The notes beneath the pieces are model-generated. The model did not search any database and had not been told where the DNA came from. It was given only the letters and a program-made list of their open reading frames with translations. Positions 56,561-64,000 of a stretch of DNA of 64,000 bases are shown piece after piece. The stretch is from positions 1,452-65,451 of the forward strand of contig JBBDOX010000011.1 of assembly GCA_040876835.1 (NCBI GenBank), given 5' to 3'. The translations under genes and the position numbers were made by a program. Origin of the DNA: Candidatus Anderseniibacteriota bacterium (lineage in GTDB: Bacteria; Patescibacteriota; Andersenbacteria; UBA10190). Numbering within the stretch: the stretch's first letter is position 1; each line of letters begins with the position of its first letter.

Positions 56561-57415
56561 ATGGCTTGGACAAAAAACAACTATGCGTTACTAGGAATAG
56601 CGGCAGTGATCTTGCTGGGTGCGGTGTTGTATTTGCGCGGCGGCCAGGAGGCGCCTCAGCTCGAGGTACTGTATGATAAAGTACCGTACGATATTTCTAT
56701 TACCTCTGACACATTTACTCCTGCAGTTGGACAGACTGTAAAGATGGGGTTCGAAGTGAAACTAAACGGGCAGCCGATTGATCTGGCGGCGCAGGAGATA
56801 TATCCGCATGCTAGCGTTGTCAGTAACGACCTGGGGGATGTCTGGTTTTACCATATTGATGAACTGGAAAATCCGGCAACAGGAGTATATGAATTTGAAC
56901 ATACCTTCGCCCAGACTTCCGATTATACGGTGTGGATTGAAGTTAACAACAATCAGACACCTGATCATCACGAAGCAGACTCAGATTACATTGCACGTTT
57001 TGCCATAGACGTTCAGGGAGCACAGGCATTTCCTGCAGTCGTTACATCGTATAGCGAAACGTTTGCAGTTAACTTTGTGCCTGGTGAAAGGTACAAGCTC
57101 AAGGTTCCTCCTTATAATCTGCAGGCAGGGCAGCCGGGAACGTTTTCTGTTATGGCAGAAAAGGCAGATGGCTCAGCTGTTCCTCTGTTGCCCGACTTCG
57201 ATCATTTTTATATCTTAGCCTCACCCGAACACGATAACTTTTATACCCTTGAACATCCACAGTTCAACAAGCTGGGAGAAACCCAGGTTATAACAAAGTC
57301 CGTGATCTTCCCGGCTCCCGGCAAGTATGCCTTCTGGGTGCGGCTTTTCCCGGACGATGGGTCAGGTACTGTGACGGATGCTATCGAAGGTCCGCTGGTA
57401 CTGGAGGTTAAGTAA
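56561..57415 (+). CDS. Secreted or membrane-anchored hypothetical protein
   Basis: 284 aa with an N-terminal TM/signal helix. Beta-rich composition. Confidence 0.5.
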   Translation: MAWTKNNYALLGIAAVILLGAVLYLRGGQEAPQLEVLYDKVPYDISITSDTFTPAVGQTVKMGFEVKLNGQPIDLAAQEIYPHASVVSNDLGDVWFYHIDELENPATGVYEFEHTFAQTSDYTVWIEVNNNQTPDHHEADSDYIARFAIDVQGAQAFPAVVTSYSETFAVNFVPGERYKLKVPPYNLQAGQPGTFSVMAEKADGSAVPLLPDFDHFYILASPEHDNFYTLEHPQFNKLGETQVITKSVIFPAPGKYAFWVRLFPDDGSGTVTDAIEGPLVLEVK

Positions 57416-57420
57416 AGTTT

Positions 57421-58359
57421 CTAGGGTTGCAGAATATCTTCAGTCCGACCGTTAACGGAAATGACAACATCCCGCACGGTGGGGAACTGTTCTAATGTTT
57501 GAACGATCTGGCTGCGGATGGCTGTAACCCGGCAGGATCCGCCCACTGCCCGATCCAGCTCTTCGCTGAAATCAACCCGGGCCACACCGTCTTGAATAGT
57601 AAGTTTTTGAATAGTTATGTCGGGATTCAGCGAGGTGATGTACCCCTGCTGTTTTTCTGCCGCGGTGGGGCCAGCTAGCAGCTGTTCTAAGGCAGCGCGT
57701 CCTATTACGGATGTTCGGGGAACAGTTCGTTCAACCGGAAATACTGTCTGGCAGTCATCCTGGCCGGAAGGTACGAGTGATGAGTTATTAAAAAACACTT
57801 TAACTGTGGTGGTTTCATTAGTCGTGAGAGGAGAGACAACAATCGGAATTCGCACGGAGCTGTCATTCTCAGGTAATCCTGAAGGGTTGGCTTTCTCTAG
57901 AACCAAAGTTGCTGCACCCTTGATGCCCGGCGGAATAGCAAGCGCGGCCTGAAAAGGAACAAAATCAGTCGTCATCCAGTCTCCCTGAGGCTGAGCAATG
58001 GCAGTTCCAACTATAGCTCCAGAGGTGTCGAATAAGTGAATAGGGAAAGAGGCTTCAAAAAACCATGTCCCGCGAGCCTCCCCCGTGATACGTAGGGGGC
58101 TAGTGACAACTTGGCCCGGCTGCGGAGAGGTAACATTAATAAGGTTAGAATCCTCCCCTGGAGATGCGATATTCTGCGTAAATACTGTCCCATCGTCTGT
58201 GCGACACTGGGGCGGGTAACTTTCCATAACAGGAAACCCGGCCGATGCACATTCTTCAAAGGTTGTAATGCTAGCAGGAGCGGATGATTGCATGTACCAA
58301 ATGACTGCCCCGAGTATAAGAAGGGCGAAGACTCCATATATCAGGTATTTTGGATTCAT
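57421..58359 (-). CDS. Membrane-anchored protein with C-terminal GerMN domain
   Basis: ATG at 58359 gives MNPKYLIYGVFALLILGAVIWY…. The C-terminal ~120 aa resembles the GerMN (sporulation/germination) domain. The long ORF-track N-terminal extension is rejected. Confidence 0.55.
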   Translation of the reverse strand: MNPKYLIYGVFALLILGAVIWYMQSSAPASITTFEECASAGFPVMESYPPQCRTDDGTVFTQNIASPGEDSNLINVTSPQPGQVVTSPLRITGEARGTWFFEASFPIHLFDTSGAIVGTAIAQPQGDWMTTDFVPFQAALAIPPGIKGAATLVLEKANPSGLPENDSSVRIPIVVSPLTTNETTTVKVFFNNSSLVPSGQDDCQTVFPVERTVPRTSVIGRAALEQLLAGPTAAEKQQGYITSLNPDITIQKLTIQDGVARVDFSEELDRAVGGSCRVTAIRSQIVQTLEQFPTVRDVVISVNGRTEDILQP

Positions 58360-58522
58360 ATCCGTAAAGGTACCAGTATTTTCTATTGTGAACAGGCTTC
58401 TTTCTCCCTGACAGAACAATGTTGACAGGCATGATTTTTGTCGGCATGTATGGATGCGCACCAGGAGCAATGTGTCAGGGACTGATTGGTGGATGTTGTA
58501 CTTTGTTACAAGGAACAGATCG

Positions 58523-59107
58523 ATGCCCAAAGCAAAGACCTCTCGGACTACGGCTATTCGTAGCCTGAAAGATGCAGCGAGAGTCGTCGGGAAGATCGGG
58601 CAGCTCAAGCGTAATCTGGAGCGTGTGACGGTCCAGATGAATGAGAAGATCGAGAAGATCAAGCAGCCGTACACGGAGAAGGCTGGCGGCTACATCGCCG
58701 AGCTGGAGCCGCTGATGGAAGCCATGTTCCGTTACGCTCAGGGCAATCGTCCTCAGCTGACCGACAATGGTGAGCGACAAACCGTCAAGCTGCCGACGGG
58801 ATCCTTTTACTGGCGGAAGACGGGTAAGTCCGTTCAGTTCACGGGGAGTGACGATGAGCTTGTGGATTTGCTCAAGGCACTCGGACTTTCGGACTGGGTT
58901 CGGGTCGTGGAGGAACCGAACCGGGAACGCATGTTGCAGGAAGAGGAGAAAGCCCAGGCGGTGGCCGGCGTGACGATCGAACAGCGCGAAGTGTTTTACG
59001 TCAAGCCGGCAGCAAGCATGGCTGCCGTGACGGTCACTCCCGAGGGCGATCATCTGAAGATCGTGCCAAAGGATCCCCGGAAGCAGAAGGATAAGAAATC
59101 TGCCTAA
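58523..59107 (+). CDS. gam: Bacteriophage Mu Gam-like host-nuclease inhibitor (Ku-like DNA-end-binding) protein
   Basis: ATG 58523 after an AAGGAAC RBS. Alignable by eye with Mu Gam: …VKLPTGSFYWRKTGKSVQFTGSDDELVDLLKALGLSDWVRVVEEPNRE…AVAGVTIEQREVFYVKP…. G+C-rich. Confidence 0.7.
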   Translation: MPKAKTSRTTAIRSLKDAARVVGKIGQLKRNLERVTVQMNEKIEKIKQPYTEKAGGYIAELEPLMEAMFRYAQGNRPQLTDNGERQTVKLPTGSFYWRKTGKSVQFTGSDDELVDLLKALGLSDWVRVVEEPNRERMLQEEEKAQAVAGVTIEQREVFYVKPAASMAAVTVTPEGDHLKIVPKDPRKQKDKKSA

Positions 59108-59213
59108 AGGGCTGATCCCACCCCACATTCAAGGACGAGTGTGGTTTTTTCATGCGTAACTGTGTGATGCAGATGATATTGACTGTGTCCGGTAATATTG
59201 AGACGCTTCATGT

Positions 59214-59408
59214 ATGGAAGAACAGGCTCCTCAAAAAAGCTCAGGCTATGGCAAACGGCCAATGTGGCAATGGCTGCTGATATATCTGGTGGCTGGAGCA
59301 ATAGTATATGGACTTATCTACTACTTTGTTATCGCCAAAGAGGGCGGTTACGGTACTGGCGAGAGCGTCAACCCCACCGACCAGGATATAGAGCAGGGAT
59401 TGTATTAA
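59214..59408 (+). CDS. Small membrane protein, hypothetical
   Basis: 64 aa with one TM helix (WQWLLIYLVAGAIVYGLIYYFVIA). Confidence 0.35.
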   Translation: MEEQAPQKSSGYGKRPMWQWLLIYLVAGAIVYGLIYYFVIAKEGGYGTGESVNPTDQDIEQGLY

Positions 59409-59535
59409 CTGGGAGAAGATACTCCCGGCTAGACAAAACGACTGAAATGCCGCAGTATTGACCTAGCTTAGAGGGAATTAGCGCAGATGTATAAGCTTGG
59501 CCCCATTAGATGGGGTCGTTACCTTTTCAATAGTC

Positions 59536-61347
59536 ATGAAACAGGATATTCGAAATGTTGCCATTATCGCTCACGTGGACCACGGGAAAACTACTCTGGT
59601 GGATGCTTTACTGCGTCAGTCAGAATCTTTTCGCACCAAAGAAGATGCCGCGGCGAACCTTATTATGGATTCCAATGAACTAGAGCGGGAGCGCGGGATT
59701 ACCATCTTTTCAAAGAATGCTGCCATTCATTACAAGGGCTACAAGATTAATATTATTGACACTCCCGGACACGCTGACTTTGGCGGGGAAGTAGAGCGCA
59801 TCATGAGCATGGCCAGTGGAGTTTTGCTGCTGGTTGATGCCAAAGATGGGCCGATGCCTCAGACAAAATTCGTATTGAAAAAGGCTCTGGAAGCTGGTCA
59901 TCGCGTTATTGTTGTTATCAACAAAATTGATGTGCCACAGGCTCGCGTTGACTGGGTGCTTGATCAGACATTCGGACTCTTCATTGATCTGGGTGCAACG
60001 GATGAGCAGGCTGACTTCCCGGTACTCTACGCTTCGGCTATTCAGGGCAAGGCCGGCATGGCTCCTGACCTGGCCGTTATGGAGAACATCACGCCGGTGT
60101 TTGATGCCATCATCAAACACATCTCAGCGCCCACGGTGAATGATGCGCCCATGCAGATGCTGGCTGTGAATGTTATTTACGATGACTACAAAGGACAGAT
60201 TGCAATTGGGCCACTATTGAGCGGCACCCTGACAAAAAATCAGCCCGTCATGCGGATTCAGGCTGATGGCACACAGGTAGCTGCCCGTATCGCTTCAGTT
60301 ATGACATTCGAGGGATTAGGCCGGGTAGAAGTAGCCGAAGCCCAGGCCGGAGACATCGTGGCGGTAGCCGGTATTGAAGGCGTAAAAATTGGTGAGACGA
60401 TTGCAGATCATGCGGATCCCCGACAACTACCGCTTATCGCTATTGATGAACCAACTGTAAAGATGAAATTCTCAGTTAATACTTCACCCTTGGCTGGAAC
60501 TGAAGGAGATTTCTCAACGGCTCGACATCTGAAAAATCGTCTCCAGCGTGAGTTGCTCAGTGACGTGGCGTTGAAGATAGAGACGGATGAAGGATCAGAT
60601 TCAGCCTTCACTATTCTAGGCCGTGGCGAGTTGCACCTATCAATCCTTATTGAGAAGATGCTGCGGGAAGGTTATGAATTCCAGGTTGGCAAACCTCACG
60701 TTATTTTCAAAGACGATGAACTGGGCAAAAAGCTTGAACCGTTTGAAGATATATATATTGAATGTCCGGAGCAGCATGCCGGAATTGTGATCGAGAAGAT
60801 GGGCAAGCGCAAAGGGGAGATGAAGGATATGAAAGTAGACCAGGGTATTACGAAAATGCATTTCCTGGTATCAACCCGCGGATTAATCGGATACCGGGCG
60901 GAGTTTTTAACTGATACCCGCGGTGAAGGAATAATGAATGCTATTTTCCATGGGTACCTGCCGTATCTGGGAGATCTTGGATTGGAGTATCACGGCTCAC
61001 TGGTGGCTCACGAGCCAGGGGTTACTACACTCTACGGACTGCTGCAGGCCCAGGGGCGCGGGCAGCTTTTTGTCGGCCCCGGGATCCAGGTATATGAGGG
61101 AATGATTGTCGGACAGAACGCCCGGGTGGAAGATATTGATGTAAATGTCTGTAAGGAAAAGAAACTGACAAATATTCGCTCAGCGGGCGAAGGGGTATCC
61201 GAACATTTTCACGCTCCGAAAAAACTTACGCTGGAAGAGGCGATTGAATACCTTGGCGAAGACGAATTGCTGGAAGTAACACCCAAAAATTTGCGTCTGC
61301 GTAAAATGTATTTGAGTAAAAACGAGCGCAAGCGAGGCAAGAAATAA
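59536..61347 (+). CDS. typA: Translational GTPase TypA/BipA
   Basis: ATG 59536. [23 protein letters not shown]…[12 protein letters not shown]…NKID… with EF-G-like domains. 603 aa. Confidence 0.92.
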   Translation: MKQDIRNVAIIAHVDHGKTTLVDALLRQSESFRTKEDAAANLIMDSNELERERGITIFSKNAAIHYKGYKINIIDTPGHADFGGEVERIMSMASGVLLLVDAKDGPMPQTKFVLKKALEAGHRVIVVINKIDVPQARVDWVLDQTFGLFIDLGATDEQADFPVLYASAIQGKAGMAPDLAVMENITPVFDAIIKHISAPTVNDAPMQMLAVNVIYDDYKGQIAIGPLLSGTLTKNQPVMRIQADGTQVAARIASVMTFEGLGRVEVAEAQAGDIVAVAGIEGVKIGETIADHADPRQLPLIAIDEPTVKMKFSVNTSPLAGTEGDFSTARHLKNRLQRELLSDVALKIETDEGSDSAFTILGRGELHLSILIEKMLREGYEFQVGKPHVIFKDDELGKKLEPFEDIYIECPEQHAGIVIEKMGKRKGEMKDMKVDQGITKMHFLVSTRGLIGYRAEFLTDTRGEGIMNAIFHGYLPYLGDLGLEYHGSLVAHEPGVTTLYGLLQAQGRGQLFVGPGIQVYEGMIVGQNARVEDIDVNVCKEKKLTNIRSAGEGVSEHFHAPKKLTLEEAIEYLGEDELLEVTPKNLRLRKMYLSKNERKRGKK

Positions 61348-61358
61348 CAAAGAAAAAA

Positions 61359-61384
61359 CCAGAGAGCGACAGGATCGTCTCTGG
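61359..61384 (-). terminator. Terminator hairpin for the minus-strand HD gene (between convergent typA and the HD gene)
   Basis: CCAGAGA-N12-TCTCTGG stem. The A-run on the plus strand is a U-run on the minus strand. Confidence 0.5.
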
Positions 61385-62659
61385 CTATAGGCTTGCCATG
61401 TGAATCAGGTATTCGAAGATGTCGCGGGACAGAAAAGGATTGGATACCTTCTCCCGGTATTCTTCGAAGACACAGACACGTACGGCGGCGTAGGTTTCCA
61501 GCTCTTCCTCGAGACTGGCGTAGTGACGTGGACGGACTTCTCGGAGAGTGCCGATAATGCCCGACCCGTTGTAGATCCCCACATCCGGCAGGTGGAATCG
61601 ATGAGGGGATACGACGGGGGTGATCAGTACAGCTTCGGGAGGGATGCCGCACAGGTTGGCAACGGCCCGTTCGTAGACTGCAGCACTCTCGCGCCGATGC
61701 AAGTGATCGAACGCATTCAGCTGCTCAAGCGGAAGCCGAAAGGTTGCGATCGACTTGCCTTCGGCATTGTCAAGCGGCACGACCTCGTTCGGAATGAGCC
61801 GGACTGCCACCTTGGGCAACTTCCGCTTATCCAGCCGGGCGAACAGCTCCCGGGTGGTTTTGTCGCTGGAGCTGAGCAGGAACGAATCCAGTTCGCAGTC
61901 GGTGAACTGAAACAGCTGCTCCTCTTTCAAGTTCCGCGGATCCAGCAGCATGGCGCGAGATACGATCTGCTGCAGGAAACACTGTGCGATGGCGCAGGCT
62001 TTCCGGAAGTAAACTCGGCTGTGCATCGCGGCGTAGTCCCGTTGGACCTGGATGACCTCGGCAATGATTTTCTGGTCGATGACGAGCTGCTGATCAATGA
62101 AGTAGATGTGGTTCAGCAGGTCTCCGGCTCTAAATCCCACTGCCTCGTGGGTGTTACGACCGTCCCGTTTCAGGTAGTCCATCTTGTCGGTGCCCAGCGG
62201 GCGGTGACTGACGCAGGCTGACAGCGGGTCCTTCCGCAGAAACAGAGAGCGGATTGCTGCCGGATTACCACCACAGGCGGTAATCTCCTTCTTGAGTTTT
62301 TTCAGAAGCAGGAGGCCGTGAGCGTTGTGGTCCAGTCGGCAGGCTCCTTCGATGGCGTGCGAGTAGGGACCATGACCAATGTCATGCAGAAGTCCGTACA
62401 GAGCGATATTCCACCCTTCTTCAGGCGAAATGATGCCGTCGCTGATCCAGCGGGCGATGCGCTCCAGAGTCATGGAGAAAGTGCCCAAAGCGTGCTCGAA
62501 ACGAGTGTGCTGAGCACAGGGGAAAGTCAGAAAACTGATACCAAGCTGTTTGCGCCGGCGCAGTCTCTGAAATACGCGGGTGTCGATGATGCGCTGAATG
62601 GGCGCGATGTCCAGGTCGTGCAGTCCGGGCAGGGCAATAGTTCTGCGGGTAAGCTTCAT
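61385..62659 (-). CDS. HD-domain phosphohydrolase, dGTP triphosphohydrolase-like
   Basis: 424 aa. …FEHALGTFSMT…LLHDIGHGPYSHAIEG… is the HD motif of dNTP triphosphohydrolases. G+C-rich. Confidence 0.78.
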   Translation of the reverse strand: MKLTRRTIALPGLHDLDIAPIQRIIDTRVFQRLRRRKQLGISFLTFPCAQHTRFEHALGTFSMTLERIARWISDGIISPEEGWNIALYGLLHDIGHGPYSHAIEGACRLDHNAHGLLLLKKLKKEITACGGNPAAIRSLFLRKDPLSACVSHRPLGTDKMDYLKRDGRNTHEAVGFRAGDLLNHIYFIDQQLVIDQKIIAEVIQVQRDYAAMHSRVYFRKACAIAQCFLQQIVSRAMLLDPRNLKEEQLFQFTDCELDSFLLSSSDKTTRELFARLDKRKLPKVAVRLIPNEVVPLDNAEGKSIATFRLPLEQLNAFDHLHRRESAAVYERAVANLCGIPPEAVLITPVVSPHRFHLPDVGIYNGSGIIGTLREVRPRHYASLEEELETYAAVRVCVFEEYREKVSNPFLSRDIFEYLIHMASL

Positions 62660-62743
62660 GAGGCTTCTCCTCTTGTGAATGAACGGGGTATCCCTCCAGG
62701 CCTTAATACTAGAGGCTGGTATACTCCGCGTAAAGCAGCGGAC

Positions 62744-62977
62744 TTACAGCTGTCGGGTGCGCCGGTGAATGGCGTGATCAATGGTTGCCTCGGCGATGTT
62801 CATAAGGTAACCACGTACACGGTCCAGGCTATCTTCCAGGAGAATAGTTGTAGATGTTGCCTCCGGGGAGCGGCGTCGTTGTCGGATGAGTGCCTGTTCA
62901 AACGAAGTGTTTTTGTTAAGAATACTGTGGGCAGTCTTCTGATTAACGATTCTAACCATGCTGCGAGCAGTGTCCAT
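62744..62977 (-). CDS. Hypothetical small protein
   Basis: 77-aa ORF in a 490-nt spacer. No family assigned. Confidence 0.2.
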   Translation of the reverse strand: MDTARSMVRIVNQKTAHSILNKNTSFEQALIRQRRRSPEATSTTILLEDSLDRVRGYLMNIAEATIDHAIHRRTRQL

Positions 62978-63153
62978 AGTTGCCAGAAGCTGGTTAAGCA
63001 GTGCGCGGTACCCCTCAGCTGTGAGGAGTGGTGTTCCCGGCTATGGAGCATCGAGTGTGTGCCCAGGAACAATTTTTCAATAGTATCGGGGATGGATAAT
63101 GCGAGTATTATATTTGCCGGTAGGGGAAGGTATGCTGTAGTATAATAAATAAT

Positions 63154-63732
63154 ATGAATGGACGACTTATGCACAACCTTACCAGACAGATTCCTTTGCT
63201 GGCTCTAGCATTCTTGTTGCTGGTCCCTGCAGCCGCATCCGCGGCTTCGTCGCGCGAGAAAAAAGACACATCGTTATGGGGGTACGTTCGGTCGCAAGTG
63301 GTCGGTGTGAAAGAGAAGCAGCCAAATCCCCGCGCTGTGTTACGACAGGAACAACACGCCAAGCGGATGGTTAAGGTGCAGGGTATTACCCGCGGGATGA
63401 CAAAAAAGATGGAAAACTTGTCTCGTCGACTCGATAAACAGTTGGCAAACGCGGAGCAGCGTATTGAGCGATTGCAGGCAGCCGGACATGTACTTACTGT
63501 TGACAGCGAACTTAACGCTTTGCGCGAAACAGTCGAAGGGACTCAAAATGACATTGATGAAATTATTGTAACGCTCGAGTCAATCGTTGAGAGCGAACAG
63601 CCGGAACAATCCGTCGCTCAGATACGTGCTATGATCAGGACGCTGAATGACAAGCTCAAGGGTGTTCGCGAAGCTTTCCATACTCTGCAGCAGGCAGTCA
63701 GCAGTGACCTTTCTTTAAAAGAATCTGAATAG
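63154..63732 (+). CDS. Secreted coiled-coil protein, hypothetical
   Basis: 192 aa. Signal peptide …LLALAFLLLVPAAASAASS followed by a heptad-like charged region. TATAAT ends 6 nt before the ATG. Confidence 0.5.
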   Translation: MNGRLMHNLTRQIPLLALAFLLLVPAAASAASSREKKDTSLWGYVRSQVVGVKEKQPNPRAVLRQEQHAKRMVKVQGITRGMTKKMENLSRRLDKQLANAEQRIERLQAAGHVLTVDSELNALRETVEGTQNDIDEIIVTLESIVESEQPEQSVAQIRAMIRTLNDKLKGVREAFHTLQQAVSSDLSLKESE

Positions 63733-63734
63733 CT

Positions 63735-63986
63735 ATGGATAAAACATTTGTTATAGTAAGTGTTGTAGCGGGGTTTCTGGTGGTGATTGCCCTCTTCCTG
63801 TGGCGATTCCCAGAATTTGCCTATGCGCCCGAAAGCAACTACTTCGATACGCAGACTCAAACATTCCCTTCAGAGGAAGAGCTCGGTATTGCCGATCTGA
63901 CTGCTGAGGCTGATTCAGAAATAGTGCTGGACGAAAACTTTGACTCCGACATCCAGCAACTTGAAGTGGAGCTTGGTGGGCTATAG
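63735..63986 (+). CDS. Small membrane-anchored acidic protein
   Basis: 83 aa with an N-terminal TM helix and an acidic C-terminus. Confidence 0.35.
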   Translation: MDKTFVIVSVVAGFLVVIALFLWRFPEFAYAPESNYFDTQTQTFPSEEELGIADLTAEADSEIVLDENFDSDIQQLEVELGGL

Positions 63987-64000
63987 CAAATAAGCAGCTT

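Noticed and set aside
58360-58674. N-terminal 105 codons of ORF 57421-58674(-)
   Set aside because: The extension is hydrophobic and Cys-rich, without a start-site context. It overlaps the Gam gene's promoter and start region. The Met at 58359 begins a canonical membrane-anchor sequence.
59497-59535. Upstream start [13 protein letters not shown] for typA
   Set aside because: The conserved BipA N-terminus begins at [20 protein letters not shown]. The internal ATG at 59536 is used.
62800-63174. ORF 62800-63174(-), 124 aa
   Set aside because: It overlaps the promoter and start of the 63154 gene and the 62744-62977 ORF. Its composition is non-coding-like.
1-64000. Alternative genetic code (for example code 25, UGA=Gly, as in some CPR lineages)
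   Set aside because: Long housekeeping genes (dnaG, rpoD, typA, copB, purM) are intact under the standard code with ordinary TGA, TAA and TAG stops. No in-frame TGA interruptions are needed.

Overview
The window is 64 kb of a compact, gene-dense bacterial genome. Base composition is AT-leaning, with about eight G+C-richer patches (each a single gene or a gene pair) scattered along it.

The genome may be a Patescibacteria/CPR-like lineage, on three weak grounds:
- many small genes;
- a lysine-rich N-terminal tail on RpoD;
- an intron-containing tRNA.

Standard genetic code 11 fits the long ORFs.

Main features, in window order:
- purC;
- a tRNA-Ser;
- a three-gene glycosyltransferase locus (two GT4, one GT2);
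- fpg;
- the dnaG-rpoD-cyclophilin operon;
- a tRNA-Asn(GUU) split by a 548-nt group I intron that carries an HNH homing-endonuclease ORF;
- a tightly packed nine-gene metal/thiol-stress operon (ArsR, DUF3179, 2x TlpA-like redoxin, CcdA, MerT-like, CX5R phosphatase, two small Cys-rich proteins) followed by a subtilisin;
- a copper module (ArsR-YHS regulator, Met-rich multicopper oxidase, CopB-type P1B-3 ATPase with CPH motif and His-rich N-terminus);
- a family of imperfectly palindromic REP-like intergenic repeats centred on GGTTCG(A/G)A;
- two gene-decay scars (an SDR remnant and the 3' fragment of a second P-type ATPase);
- an orphan phage Mu Gam-like gene beside a G+C-rich HD-domain dGTPase-like gene;
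- purM, MscL with a C-terminal zinc ribbon, TspO, CspA, TypA/BipA, ABC and ABC-F ATPases, and many small membrane or hypothetical proteins.

The candidates most worth a second look are the tRNA-Asn group I intron with its HNH endonuclease, the DUF3179/MerT-like/Cys-rich metal operon, the REP-like repeat family, the in-frame YecM-TAG-YwbE arrangement that lacks a start codon, and the mosaic G+C-rich insertions (purC, purM, an aminotransferase island, Gam, the HD gene).

Every call rests on motif recognition by eye; no database search or computation was possible.
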